Below are positions 8,757-17,897 of a stretch of 64,000 nucleotides of DNA, in pieces. The notes beneath the pieces were generated by a model. The model made no database searches and was not told where the DNA came from. It saw nothing but the letters and a program-made list of their open reading frames with translations. The DNA comes from Bacteroidales bacterium (GTDB lineage: Bacteria > Bacteroidota > Bacteroidia > Bacteroidales > WCHB1-69). Location of the stretch: assembly GCA_024400815.1 (NCBI GenBank), contig JAKSMD010000001.1:31310-95309 (forward strand), read 5' to 3'. How positions within the stretch are numbered: position 1 is the first letter of the stretch; every line of letters begins with the position of its first letter. Both the position numbers and the translations under genes were made by a program.

Positions 8757-11084
8757 TTACAATTTTGCAACCGTTTCAACAAATTCCAAAGCATCTTTGG
8801 TATAGTAGTCGGCTTTAATTTCTTTTGCCAATTGCTGTGTCAAGACAGCGCCACCGACGAAAATCGGACATTTCACACCCTGCTCCTTCAAGAAGGCAAT
8901 CGTCTCTTCCATAGAAAGCACCGTAGTCGTCATCAACGCGCTCAGACCGATAATCATAGGTTGGTATTGGTTATAGGCTTCGAGAATGGTTTCTTTAGCG
9001 GTATCTTTGCCCAAATCCACCACTTTATAACCGTAGGACTCGAAGATGACCTTCACAATGTTTTTGCCAATATCGTGGACATCGCCTTTGACGGTAGCAA
9101 GCACCACCAAACCTTTCTGGGATGCGCCGCCTTGCGCAAATTTCGACTTAATAATCGCAAATGCTTCTTTGCAAGCTTCAGAAGCAGAAATCAGCTGCGG
9201 CAGAAATATTTTCTGTTTCTCAAAATCACTGCCCACCTCATTCAAGGTAGGAATCAAGGTCTCGTTGATGAGACTCATCGGGTCTTGAGATTCCAATGCT
9301 TCCATAGTAAGAGCCACACTCTCCTCTTTCAAGCCGCGGCGAACAGCCTCGCCCAGAGTCATCTGCTTGCTGGCAGAGACCGTTGGCACATTCTCCTGCG
9401 CTACAGCATTGTTGACAAAAGCATCCAAGTCGGCACTAACGCCGCGAAGTGCATTATATGCCAAAATAGCGTTTGTCATAGCCGCATTGCACGGATTGAT
9501 AATCGGCATTGTCAAACCGTTTTCTAAAGCCATCATCAAGAAAGTGCTATTGATGAGTTCGCGATTAGGCATACCGAAACTAACATTGGAGACGCCTAAA
9601 GCGGTCGGCAGGCCCAATTGGTTTGTTACCATACGCAAAGCGCGCAAAGTCTCTTTTACCAAAGGCTGTTGGGCGCTGCATGTCAGCGTCAACGTATCCA
9701 TCATCATACGATGCCTGCCAATGCCATATTGTTGAGCGCCATTTAAGATGCGTTCGGCAATGGCAAAGCGCTCTTCCGCAGTTTGCGGAATGCCCTTGTC
9801 ATCCATAGTTAGACCCAGTACCACCGCACCGTATTTTTTAGCTATCGGGAAAATGGCAGCCATATTGTCCGCATTGCCATTAACAGAGTTAATCAAAGGC
9901 ACCCCGTTATAGTAACGGCAGCCGGCTTCAATAGCAGCTGGATTGGAAGAGTCGATCTGCAACGGCAGATTGGTGATTTCATTAAGGCGAACCACGACAT
10001 TCTTCATATTTGTCACATCATCGGTTTTAGGCACGCCCAAGTTCACATCCAAAAGCGCAGCGCCGGCTTCTTCTTGTTTGATAGCCTCCTTGAAAATATA
10101 GTCAAAATCGCCATTGATAATAGCTTCTTTCAGTTTCTTTTTACCCGTCGGATTGATACGTTCGCCGCAAATTTGCACCTTGTCGAAGGTGACGGCCTGC
10201 GTTGCAGAGGTAATCGTAACTTTCTTATCCATCGTGCGAACGGGCACTTGCTTGCCTTTATTCTTAGCAATGGCGGCAATAAATTCCGGATTGGTGCCAC
10301 AGCAGCCGCCTAATACAGCAACGCCGGCGTCGCAGAAAGTGCCCATGACGGAAGCAAAGTCTGCCGTTGTCAGACTATAAATAGCTCTGCCGCAACGGAG
10401 GGAAGGAATTCCGCGGTTGGGCTGAACCAGCACAGGTTTGTCTGAATATTGAAGCAATTCCTCTACAATCGGTTTCAAATCTTTGGGACCGAGGGAGCAA
10501 TTCACGCCAATGGCATCTGCGCCCATATTGGACATCAGCTCAGCCATAATGCGCGGAGAGGTGCCGGTCAGCGTATGCCCCGTCTGGTCAAAAGTCATCG
10601 TCGTAAAAACAGGCTTGTCGCTATTTTCCTTGACCGCCAGCAGGGCGCATTTCAATTCATAGAGGTCAGAGAAGGTTTCCAGAATGAAGCCATCCACCAG
10701 ATCACGCGCTGTAACCACCATCTCCTTGAATGCCTCGTAGGCATCGTCAAAGGAGAGTTCGCCCATCGGATAGAGCATCTTGCCCAAGGGGCCGATGTCC
10801 ATCATCACATATTGGGAAGTGCGATGTTGCTTGGCTAATGCAATAGCGCTCTCAATAACGAGCTTTCTGTCCTCATTGGGCATCTTTATACGATTAGCCC
10901 CAAAAGTATTGGTAGTGATAAAATCGCATCCGGCATCTATATAACTTTTGTGGATGTCAGCAATTTGTTCTTTATGCGTAATATTAAGCATTTCAGGCAT
11001 CTTAGACATGATGCCTCTCTTTTCGAGTTCGGTACCAAAAGCACCGTCGAAAATCATAACTTCTTTACCGAGTTTCTGTAACAT
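8757..11084 (-). CDS. metH: cobalamin-dependent methionine synthase, short form (Hcy-binding, pterin-binding and B12-binding modules; no activation domain)
   Basis: 775 aa. FDGAFGTELEKRG at the N-terminus, GGCCGT, a pterin-binding middle part, and the B12 motif GDVHDIGKNIV. Confidence 0.9.
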   Translation of the reverse strand: MLQKLGKEVMIFDGAFGTELEKRGIMSKMPEMLNITHKEQIADIHKSYIDAGCDFITTNTFGANRIKMPNEDRKLVIESAIALAKQHRTSQYVMMDIGPLGKMLYPMGELSFDDAYEAFKEMVVTARDLVDGFILETFSDLYELKCALLAVKENSDKPVFTTMTFDQTGHTLTGTSPRIMAELMSNMGADAIGVNCSLGPKDLKPIVEELLQYSDKPVLVQPNRGIPSLRCGRAIYSLTTADFASVMGTFCDAGVAVLGGCCGTNPEFIAAIAKNKGKQVPVRTMDKKVTITSATQAVTFDKVQICGERINPTGKKKLKEAIINGDFDYIFKEAIKQEEAGAALLDVNLGVPKTDDVTNMKNVVVRLNEITNLPLQIDSSNPAAIEAGCRYYNGVPLINSVNGNADNMAAIFPIAKKYGAVVLGLTMDDKGIPQTAEERFAIAERILNGAQQYGIGRHRMMMDTLTLTCSAQQPLVKETLRALRMVTNQLGLPTALGVSNVSFGMPNRELINSTFLMMALENGLTMPIINPCNAAMTNAILAYNALRGVSADLDAFVNNAVAQENVPTVSASKQMTLGEAVRRGLKEESVALTMEALESQDPMSLINETLIPTLNEVGSDFEKQKIFLPQLISASEACKEAFAIIKSKFAQGGASQKGLVVLATVKGDVHDIGKNIVKVIFESYGYKVVDLGKDTAKETILEAYNQYQPMIIGLSALMTTTVLSMEETIAFLKEQGVKCPIFVGGAVLTQQLAKEIKADYYTKDALEFVETVAKL

Positions 11085-11106
11085 AATCTAAAATTGAATG
11101 AGGGTG

Positions 11107-11114
11107 CAAAGGTA
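11107..11114 (-). promoter_or_regulatory. -7 box TAnnTTTG (tacctttg) for metH
   Basis: Perfect motif on the minus strand, 23 nt upstream of the metH ATG; followed by CACCCTCA. Confidence 0.6.
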
Positions 11115-11169
11115 CAAATAATAAAGATGATAAACAAACCTATCGTCCCATTCGTGGGGGGCATTTGCA

Positions 11170-11769
11170 CTACTTCCAGCAGGTAGTACCTTTTAGGCGA
11201 AATGCGCAGTTTGGGAAAGCCACGCAGTCGGCGCAGTTTTTACGACTCCCACCACCCAGGCGTACAATGCCCACCATGGATTTCAGAGGCACCATCAGTC
11301 CTGAATCCAAAAAAGTAATGCCTATTTTTTCGGCATGCAATATCGCTGCAATTTGGCGGCTGTCGGTCAATGCGGTACCGCCGTAGCCCGGACAGAATCG
11401 GAATCCTTTGTGTTTGAAAGGGATTTTCCTTTCAAACAGATCTGCCTGTTGTTCCAAATAGGCAGAGGCCACCGCATCAAAAATTACCGCATAGGTCATA
11501 TCGTTCATCTGATGCCGTTTCAGCAATCGATCCACCTGCACGCCCAAAGTGGTAGCGCAAAGGAGCAACCCATCGGCACCAGACAAATAGTGTTGGTATG
11601 CCGGAATATCTTTCATAAAATCCGGACACGCTTCATATTGAGCATAGATATATTGGAAATTTGAAGCTTGCGCAACTTCCTGGCAAGCTTTCTCTATTTG
11701 ATTCATCACCGCTGCATCGGGTACAGTGCCATCGGGATAGCCCAAATATTTTAGAACTTGATGAATCAT
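11170..11769 (-). CDS. stand-alone methionine synthase activation (AdoMet-binding) domain protein
   Basis: 199 aa, FRFCPGYGG...SMVGIV pattern, positioned between metF and metH. It resembles the separately encoded activation-domain proteins of split MetH systems. Confidence 0.7.
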   Translation of the reverse strand: MIHQVLKYLGYPDGTVPDAAVMNQIEKACQEVAQASNFQYIYAQYEACPDFMKDIPAYQHYLSGADGLLLCATTLGVQVDRLLKRHQMNDMTYAVIFDAVASAYLEQQADLFERKIPFKHKGFRFCPGYGGTALTDSRQIAAILHAEKIGITFLDSGLMVPLKSMVGIVRLGGGSRKNCADCVAFPNCAFRLKGTTCWK

Positions 11770-11801
11770 TTTTATGTTTTTTCTATGGCAAAAATGAGCA
11801 A

Positions 11802-12680
11802 TTAGCGCAGTTCGCGTTCAATCACATTGGTAATGCGGGAATAGATATCGCCCGTAACTTTGGCGCTATTCATCGTGTAGATGTGAATACCGTCGGCGTC
11901 GTTGGCAAGCAGTTCAAGAATTTGGTTGACGCTGTAGGCAATGCCGATTTCGTACATAGCTTTCTTATCATCGCGGAATCGGTCAAACAAGACGCGCATT
12001 TCAAACGGAATAGAGGCGCCAGCCATATTCATAATCTTATTAAACATCGTCGTACTCGTCAACGGCATAATGCCCGGAATAATGGGTATGGTGATGCCCA
12101 TATTGCGTGCTACGCGCACCAAGCGGTAATAGTAATTGTTATCGTAAAACAATTGTGTTATAAAGAAAGAAGCACCAGCATCTTGTTTCATCTTCAACTT
12201 CACCAAATCATCATACAAACTTTCGCTTTCGATGTGGCCTTCGGGGTAGCACGCAGCGCCCATGCAGAATTTGTGATTTTGCTGCAAATATTCCATCAAT
12301 TCTGAAGCATGTTTGAAGCATTTGAGGTATTCGCCCGCAAAATCCGCTGGCTTATCTCCACGCAAGGCCAGGACATTTTCCAACTTTTCTTGTTCCAAAA
12401 CAGCTGCCACGCGGTTCACATCTTCTTTATCCAAAGCGCCGCAAGTAAAATGTACCAAAGGTTCAGCTGAGGTGTGATTTTTAATGTAACTGGCCAAATC
12501 AATCGTATTTTGCGCAAAGTCGCCCGAAGATTTGAACGTCACACTGATGAAATCGGGATTATACTGATTGAGCGCATCTATCGTGCTGAAAATGTCGCTA
12601 ATAGAACTATTTTGAGGATTGGGTGGGAAAACCTCAAAGGAGAATGTCTTTTTATTTTTTAGGATATCGCTTATTCGCAT
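11802..12680 (-). CDS. metF: 5,10-methylenetetrahydrofolate reductase
   Basis: 292 aa. FSFEVFPP..., VTFKSSG, ALRGD, FFITQLFYD. Confidence 0.9.
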   Translation of the reverse strand: MRISDILKNKKTFSFEVFPPNPQNSSISDIFSTIDALNQYNPDFISVTFKSSGDFAQNTIDLASYIKNHTSAEPLVHFTCGALDKEDVNRVAAVLEQEKLENVLALRGDKPADFAGEYLKCFKHASELMEYLQQNHKFCMGAACYPEGHIESESLYDDLVKLKMKQDAGASFFITQLFYDNNYYYRLVRVARNMGITIPIIPGIMPLTSTTMFNKIMNMAGASIPFEMRVLFDRFRDDKKAMYEIGIAYSVNQILELLANDADGIHIYTMNSAKVTGDIYSRITNVIERELR

Positions 12681-12702
12681 AGTATTTTTTTCAAAAGGGC
12701 TG

Positions 12703-12710
12703 CAAAATTA
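12703..12710 (-). promoter_or_regulatory. -7 box TAnnTTTG (taattttg) for metF
   Basis: Perfect motif 23 nt upstream of the metF ATG, immediately after the pnp terminator. Confidence 0.6.
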
Positions 12711-12711
12711 C

Positions 12712-12740
12712 AAAAAAAGCAGGACCGAAGTCCTGCTTTT
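12712..12740 (-). terminator. rho-independent terminator after pnp
   Basis: Minus strand reads GCAGGAC-TTCG-GTCCTGC followed by TTTTTTT. Confidence 0.85.
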
Positions 12741-12762
12741 CTAACATATCTTATATAAAAGA

Positions 12763-15132
12763 TTAGTCAAGTTCTGGAAAGTCTGGGAGTTCCGGAGTTT
12801 CGGGAGCCTTAGGTTCTACCGGTTTTTCTGGATGCTCATGATTTTCATTATTGCGTGGGCGACGGTCATTGTTGCGAGGGCCACGATCATTGCGATGTTC
12901 GTGGCGTGGGCCACGATCGTTGCGGTCACCACCCTTGCGTTCGCCGTTATGTTCGCCATTACGCGGGCGACGATCATTGTTGCGTGGTTTTGCTTCAGGT
13001 TCTACATAACCTTCTGGTTTAGGAAGAAGCACTTTGTGGGAAAGTCTGAACTTGCCCGTCTTTTCATCGATTTCGATGAGTTTGACTTTGATTTTGTCAC
13101 CCACTTTCAACACATCTTCCACATTTTCAATGCGGCGGTAAGCGATTTCCGTCACATGAAGCAAGCCGTCTGTATTCGGCAGGAATTCAACAAAAGCGCC
13201 GAAAGCAGTGATGGTCTTAACCGTACCTTCATAGATTTCGCCAACTTCAGGTTTGGTTGTGATGAGTTTAATGCGGTTGATAGCAGCATTGATATCGTCA
13301 GCATTAGCCGCTGCAATGTCGATAACACCAAAATCGCCAACTTCTTCAATATTGATAGTGGTGTTGGTTTCGCGTTGCATTTCTTGAATAATTTTGCCTC
13401 CCGGTCCAATAACAGCGCCGATAAATTCGCGCGGGATTTGCATTTGGATGATACGAGGCACAAACGGTCTGTAATCTTCGCGAGGAGCCGGCATAGCTTC
13501 CTTGATTTTACCAAGAATGAACATACGGCCTCTCTTAGCTTGAGCCAATGCTTCTGCCATAACTTTAGCGGAAAGACCGTGAATCTTAATATCCATTTGG
13601 CAAGCAGTAATACCATCTTCCGTACCGCAGACTTTGAAGTCCATATCGCCGAGGTGGTCTTCATCGCCGAGAATATCGGAAAGGATAGCATACTTGTCAG
13701 AGTTTTCATCGGTAATCAAACCCATAGCGATACCGGAAACCGGTTTCTTCATCTTAACACCGCAGTCCAGCAAAGCGAGTGTGCCGGCGCAGACGGTTGC
13801 CATAGAGGAACTACCATTAGATTCGAGGATATCGGAAACGATACGAACCGTATAAGGGAAGGTAGGATCATCGAATGGGATCATCGGTTTGAGAGCGCGA
13901 TTAGCCAAATTGCCGTGGCCAATTTCGCGGCGGCCCGTGCTGCCTACGCGTTTCACTTCACCCACGCTGAATGGAGGGAAGTTGTAATGCAGCATGAATC
14001 TGTTGGTGCCTTCTACCACAGCGCCGTCGATGATTTGTTCATCCAATTTAGTGCCAAGGGTACAAGTTGCTAAAGATTGGGTTTCACCACGGGTGAAGAT
14101 AGCGGAGCCATGAGCAGATGGGAGGTAGCCCGTTTCAATCCAAATAGGACGAATCGTCTCGAGGTCACGGCCATCCAAGCGGATGCGTTCATCGAGAATC
14201 ATATTACGCATAGCGTGGTATTGAACATCGCTATAGTAGCGGCTAACCATGACAGCTTTTTCTTCGCGTTCTTCTTCCGGAATAGTTTCCATAAAATCAG
14301 CGAGGATTTGATCGAAAGCCTCGTTACGGGCTTGTTTGCCCATGAAGGATTTAGCGACAGCGTAAACCTTGTCATAAGTTTCCTTATTGAGGCGTTCACG
14401 GATTTCTTCGTCATTGGTTTCGTGGCAATATTCGCGTTTCGGGAATGCGGTGGGAACCTTAGCGGCCAAATCCATCTGAGCTTGGCATTGAACTTTGATA
14501 GCGTCTTTTGCGAAATTCAGCGCAGCGACCATATCATCTTCAGAGATTTCCTTCATTTCGCCTTCCACCATCATGATGTTGTCCATAGAAGCAGCAACAA
14601 TCATATCGATGTCGGAATTTTCCATTTCTTGAACGGTTGGGTTAACGACGAGTTTGCCGTCAACGCGGCCAACGCGGACTTCAGAAATAGGGCATTCGAA
14701 TGGGATATTGGAAACAGCGATTGCGGAAGAAGCTGCCAAGCATGCAAGGCAGTCAGGGAGCATATTTCTATCACCAGAAATGAGGGTCACGATGACTTGA
14801 GTTTCTGCGTGAAAGTCTTTCGGGAAGAGAGGTCTGATAGCGCGGTCAACGAGACGGGCAATCAGGATTTCATATTCAGAAGGACGAGCTTCACGTTTGA
14901 AGAAACCACCAGGGAAGCGGCCGACAGCGGCATATTTTTCCTGATATTCAACTTGAAGAGGCATGAAGTCTGTGCCTTCAACAGCATCTTTTTTGCAACA
15001 TACAGTTGCGAGGAGCATGGTATCGCCCATTCGGACCACAGCGGCGCCATCGGCTTGTTTTGCCAACTTGCCAGTTTCAATAGTCACAAGACGACCATCG
15101 CCTAAATCAAAGGTCGTATTTATTCCTAACAT
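12763..15132 (-). CDS. pnp: polyribonucleotide nucleotidyltransferase (PNPase) with a basic repetitive C-terminal tail
   Basis: 789 aa. [17 protein letters not shown], two RNase PH-like halves, KH and S1 regions ([20 protein letters not shown]), then an 86-aa tail. Confidence 0.95.
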   Translation of the reverse strand: MLGINTTFDLGDGRLVTIETGKLAKQADGAAVVRMGDTMLLATVCCKKDAVEGTDFMPLQVEYQEKYAAVGRFPGGFFKREARPSEYEILIARLVDRAIRPLFPKDFHAETQVIVTLISGDRNMLPDCLACLAASSAIAVSNIPFECPISEVRVGRVDGKLVVNPTVQEMENSDIDMIVAASMDNIMMVEGEMKEISEDDMVAALNFAKDAIKVQCQAQMDLAAKVPTAFPKREYCHETNDEEIRERLNKETYDKVYAVAKSFMGKQARNEAFDQILADFMETIPEEEREEKAVMVSRYYSDVQYHAMRNMILDERIRLDGRDLETIRPIWIETGYLPSAHGSAIFTRGETQSLATCTLGTKLDEQIIDGAVVEGTNRFMLHYNFPPFSVGEVKRVGSTGRREIGHGNLANRALKPMIPFDDPTFPYTVRIVSDILESNGSSSMATVCAGTLALLDCGVKMKKPVSGIAMGLITDENSDKYAILSDILGDEDHLGDMDFKVCGTEDGITACQMDIKIHGLSAKVMAEALAQAKRGRMFILGKIKEAMPAPREDYRPFVPRIIQMQIPREFIGAVIGPGGKIIQEMQRETNTTINIEEVGDFGVIDIAAANADDINAAINRIKLITTKPEVGEIYEGTVKTITAFGAFVEFLPNTDGLLHVTEIAYRRIENVEDVLKVGDKIKVKLIEIDEKTGKFRLSHKVLLPKPEGYVEPEAKPRNNDRRPRNGEHNGERKGGDRNDRGPRHEHRNDRGPRNNDRRPRNNENHEHPEKPVEPKAPETPELPDFPELD

Positions 15133-15180
15133 AATTTTTTCAGATTTAAAATGGAGTACTAAATGGCACTTTCATAATTA

Positions 15181-15216
15181 AAAAAAAGGCAATTTTATAA
15201 AATTGCCCCTTTTTTA
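15181..15216 (-). terminator. hairpin terminator/attenuator between rpsO and pnp
   Basis: Minus strand reads GGGGCAATTTTA-TAAAATTGCC followed by a T-run. Confidence 0.75.
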
Positions 15217-15233
15217 TAAAACATTGCTTAGAA

Positions 15234-15503
15234 TTATTTTCTAAGACCTAACTTCTTGATAAGTGCTCTGTAACGTTCGATATCTTGTTTCTTGAGATAC
15301 TCAAGCATTTTCTTTCTTTTACCAACCAAGTTAATCAACGCACGTTTGGTAACCTTATCACCGCCATTGGCTTTAACATGTTCGGTGAGGTGTTTGATGC
15401 GGTGAGTGAACAGGGCTACTTGAGCTTCTGGGGAACCGGTATCGGTTGCGCTTTTACCATACTGTTCGAAAATTTCTTTCTTAACGTCGTTTGTCAAATA
15501 CAT
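15234..15503 (-). CDS. rpsO: 30S ribosomal protein S15
   Basis: 89 aa, GSPEAQVALFTHRIKHLTEHVK...LVGKRKKMLEYL. Confidence 0.95.
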   Translation of the reverse strand: MYLTNDVKKEIFEQYGKSATDTGSPEAQVALFTHRIKHLTEHVKANGGDKVTKRALINLVGKRKKMLEYLKKQDIERYRALIKKLGLRK

Positions 15504-15551
15504 AATTTAAATGTCTAATTTTAATATTTTTACCTTTCTAATTTCGGGCGG

Positions 15552-15559
15552 CAAAGATA
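15552..15559 (-). promoter_or_regulatory. -7 box TAnnTTTG (tatctttg) for rpsO
   Basis: Perfect motif 49 nt upstream of the rpsO ATG. Confidence 0.55.
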
Positions 15560-15599
15560 CATTTTTTTCTTATTCGTTTTTTGCATTAGAAAAAAAAAC

Positions 15600-15607
15600 T
15601 ATCTTTG
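15600..15607 (+). promoter_or_regulatory. -7 box TAnnTTTG (tatctttg) for the GT2 operon
   Basis: Perfect motif 25 nt upstream of the ATG at 15632; divergent from the rpsO promoter. Confidence 0.6.
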
Positions 15608-15631
15608 CGCTTTATTTGAAAATTTAACCCT

Positions 15632-16642
15632 ATGACAAAACTCGCTATAGTCATCCTCAATTGGAATGGTAAGAGATACTTAGAGCAGTTTCTACCAACG
15701 CTTATCCAGTACCTCCCGGATTATGCGGAAGTGGTCGTAGCGGACAATGCATCCACCGATGATTCCATCGCATTTTTGCAAGAAAAGTATCCAGGAATCC
15801 GATTATTGCGCAATAGCAGCAACGAAGGTTTTGCAAAAGGATACAACACGGCTCTGCAGCAAGTGGAGGCCAAGTACTATTGTTTGTTAAATTCCGATAT
15901 CGAAGTCACTGCACATTGGATTGAGCCCATTATAGAAATGATGGATGCCAACGAAACAATTGCAGCGGCACAGCCGAAGCTACTGTCCTACTACAAGCGC
16001 GATGAGTTTGAGTATGCGGGCGCGGCGGGCGGATTTGTGGACAAATACGGCTATCCCTTCTGTCGCGGGCGACTATTCAGCAATGTGGAAAAAGACCATG
16101 GACAATACGACTCCGTCATAGATGTGTTTTGGGCCACTGGCGCAGCACTCTTTGTGCGCAGCGATGTCTATCGCACCATGGGCGGTCTTGACCCCGACTT
16201 TTTCGCACACATGGAAGAAATCGATTTCTGCTGGCGCATTAAAAATGCAGGCTATAAAATCAAAATCAACCCTGCATCTGTTGTATATCACATCGGAGGC
16301 GGCACACTGCCGAAAAACAACTCGTACAAAACCTACCTCAACTTCCGCAACAACCTCTTCCTCTTACTTAAAAACTTGCCTGACGAACGACTTGCCCGCA
16401 CCTTCGTGGTCAAATTCTTCCTCGACCAAGTAGCCGCTTTCTTCTTCCTTTGCCAAGGACATTTCAAAGATTTCATAGCCGTTTACAAAGCCATGCACTC
16501 TTTTTACAATAATTATAAAATATGTAAAGCCAAACGGAACACTCTTCCGAAATTGGCATACGAAGACACCTATCCGAAATCTATCGTCTTCTTACATTAT
16601 ATAAAACATAAAAAGGTGTTTGACGGCCAATCATTTTTCTAA
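15632..16642 (+). CDS. family 2 glycosyltransferase
   Basis: IVILNWNG...VVVADNASTDDS...NEGFAKGYN...LLNSDIEV, a typical GT2 N-terminal half. Confidence 0.85.
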   Translation: MTKLAIVILNWNGKRYLEQFLPTLIQYLPDYAEVVVADNASTDDSIAFLQEKYPGIRLLRNSSNEGFAKGYNTALQQVEAKYYCLLNSDIEVTAHWIEPIIEMMDANETIAAAQPKLLSYYKRDEFEYAGAAGGFVDKYGYPFCRGRLFSNVEKDHGQYDSVIDVFWATGAALFVRSDVYRTMGGLDPDFFAHMEEIDFCWRIKNAGYKIKINPASVVYHIGGGTLPKNNSYKTYLNFRNNLFLLLKNLPDERLARTFVVKFFLDQVAAFFFLCQGHFKDFIAVYKAMHSFYNNYKICKAKRNTLPKLAYEDTYPKSIVFLHYIKHKKVFDGQSFF

Positions 16643-16654
16643 AACCAGACAATT

Positions 16655-17443
16655 ATGGAACTTTTCTCTCAAATATATGAGTATTTGCTGATCATCATGA
16701 CCGTGTTGGGGGTGGCAGTCTTCATCACCTTGCAATTCGTGACACCCGCATACGGCATGACCTTCAACAACCGTTGGGGCATCTCCGTCCGCAGCAACTT
16801 AGGATGGTTCATTATGGAATCTCCTGTGTTTTTCACTATGCTGCTGCTCTATTTCCTATCCATTTTAGGAAACATACGTCCCTTCAACATCGTCACCTTC
16901 GTGATGTTCTTCTTTTTTGAATTCCACTACTTCCAGCGATCGTTCATCTTCCCGCTACTTATGAAAGGGCAAAGCAAGATGCCGATTTCCATTATCATCA
17001 CGGGCTTTATTTTCAACACTTTTAACGCCATCATGCAAGGCGGTTGGCTCTTCTTCTTCAGCCCATTGGATGCCTACCCGATTTCTTGGTTCTGGTCTTG
17101 GCAATTCATACTCGGAAGCGCCATCTTCATCTTCGGCATGGTTATTAACATCTACGCCGACCGCGTAATCCGCGGACTGCGTTCCGACATTACCGACAAC
17201 AACTACTATCTGCCGCAAGGTTGGCCTTTCAGACGCATCAGCTCCGCCAACTACTTAGGCGAAATTATGGAATGGATGGGATTCGCCATCCTCACCTGGT
17301 CCATATCTGGCGCGGTATTCCTTCTTTGGACTTGCGCGAACATCATCCCCCGCTCCAAAGCCGTTTATGAAAGATACACCCAATTTTTCGGCAAAGAGTT
17401 TACCGATTTGAAACGATACAAAATATTCCCCGGCATTTACTAA
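16655..17443 (+). CDS. steroid 5-alpha-reductase / polyprenol reductase family (SRD5A, DUF1295-like) membrane protein
   Basis: Polytopic membrane protein with the C-terminal signature SSANYLGEIMEWMGFAILTWS. Confidence 0.75.
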   Translation: MELFSQIYEYLLIIMTVLGVAVFITLQFVTPAYGMTFNNRWGISVRSNLGWFIMESPVFFTMLLLYFLSILGNIRPFNIVTFVMFFFFEFHYFQRSFIFPLLMKGQSKMPISIIITGFIFNTFNAIMQGGWLFFFSPLDAYPISWFWSWQFILGSAIFIFGMVINIYADRVIRGLRSDITDNNYYLPQGWPFRRISSANYLGEIMEWMGFAILTWSISGAVFLLWTCANIIPRSKAVYERYTQFFGKEFTDLKRYKIFPGIY

Positions 17444-17451
17444 TCTTTGTT

Positions 17452-17868
17452 ATGAAAAAACTTGTCGTCTTTTTGTTTCTGCTCGTGCCTCTCTTTTTCG
17501 GGTGCGATATCTATAACAATCCCATACCTTATGTCAAGGTTGATTTCACCATCTACCCGAATGACGTCATGTACCACCAACTCATCAACTACGGCGGTTA
17601 TGTCTATCTGACTGGCGGGGTAAATGGCATCATCGTATATCGATTGGACGATTGGACTTTCTTCGCCTACGACCGTGCCTGTCCGCACGACTTTGAAAAT
17701 CCGGACTCTTGGTTATACGTTGCTCCTGACGGATTACGGTTAGTGGACTCGTTATGCGGTTCTACCTATAATATATTAGATGGTAGCGTGCTTTCAGGAC
17801 CGTCTCTGTATCCGGCACGCAAATACAACACCCGCTTTGATGGGGTGCGTTTAAGGATATACAGCTAA
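17452..17868 (+). CDS. lipoprotein with a degenerate Rieske-like domain
   Basis: Lipobox LFFGC. Contains CPH...(22 aa)...CGSTYNILDGSVLSGP, which resembles the Rieske pattern CxH...CxxH...G..GP but lacks the second His. Confidence 0.6.
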   Translation: MKKLVVFLFLLVPLFFGCDIYNNPIPYVKVDFTIYPNDVMYHQLINYGGYVYLTGGVNGIIVYRLDDWTFFAYDRACPHDFENPDSWLYVAPDGLRLVDSLCGSTYNILDGSVLSGPSLYPARKYNTRFDGVRLRIYS

Positions 17869-17877
17869 CATTCTGTT

Positions 17878-17897
17878 GGAAATGACTTTACATTTCC
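17878..17897. terminator. hairpin between the convergent lipoprotein and PNP genes
   Basis: GGAAATG-ACTTTA-CATTTCC; overlaps the stop codon of the minus-strand gene. Confidence 0.4.

Noticed and set aside
11085-12762. Riboswitch (SAM or cobalamin) upstream of metH or metF
   Set aside because: The leaders are only about 15-25 nt between the -7 box and the start codon, too short for any known riboswitch aptamer.
12832-15105. 413-aa and 342-aa plus-strand ORFs (12832..14073 and 14077..15105)
   Set aside because: They are antisense to the unambiguous PNPase gene. Long stop-free antisense frames are typical of codon-biased genes.
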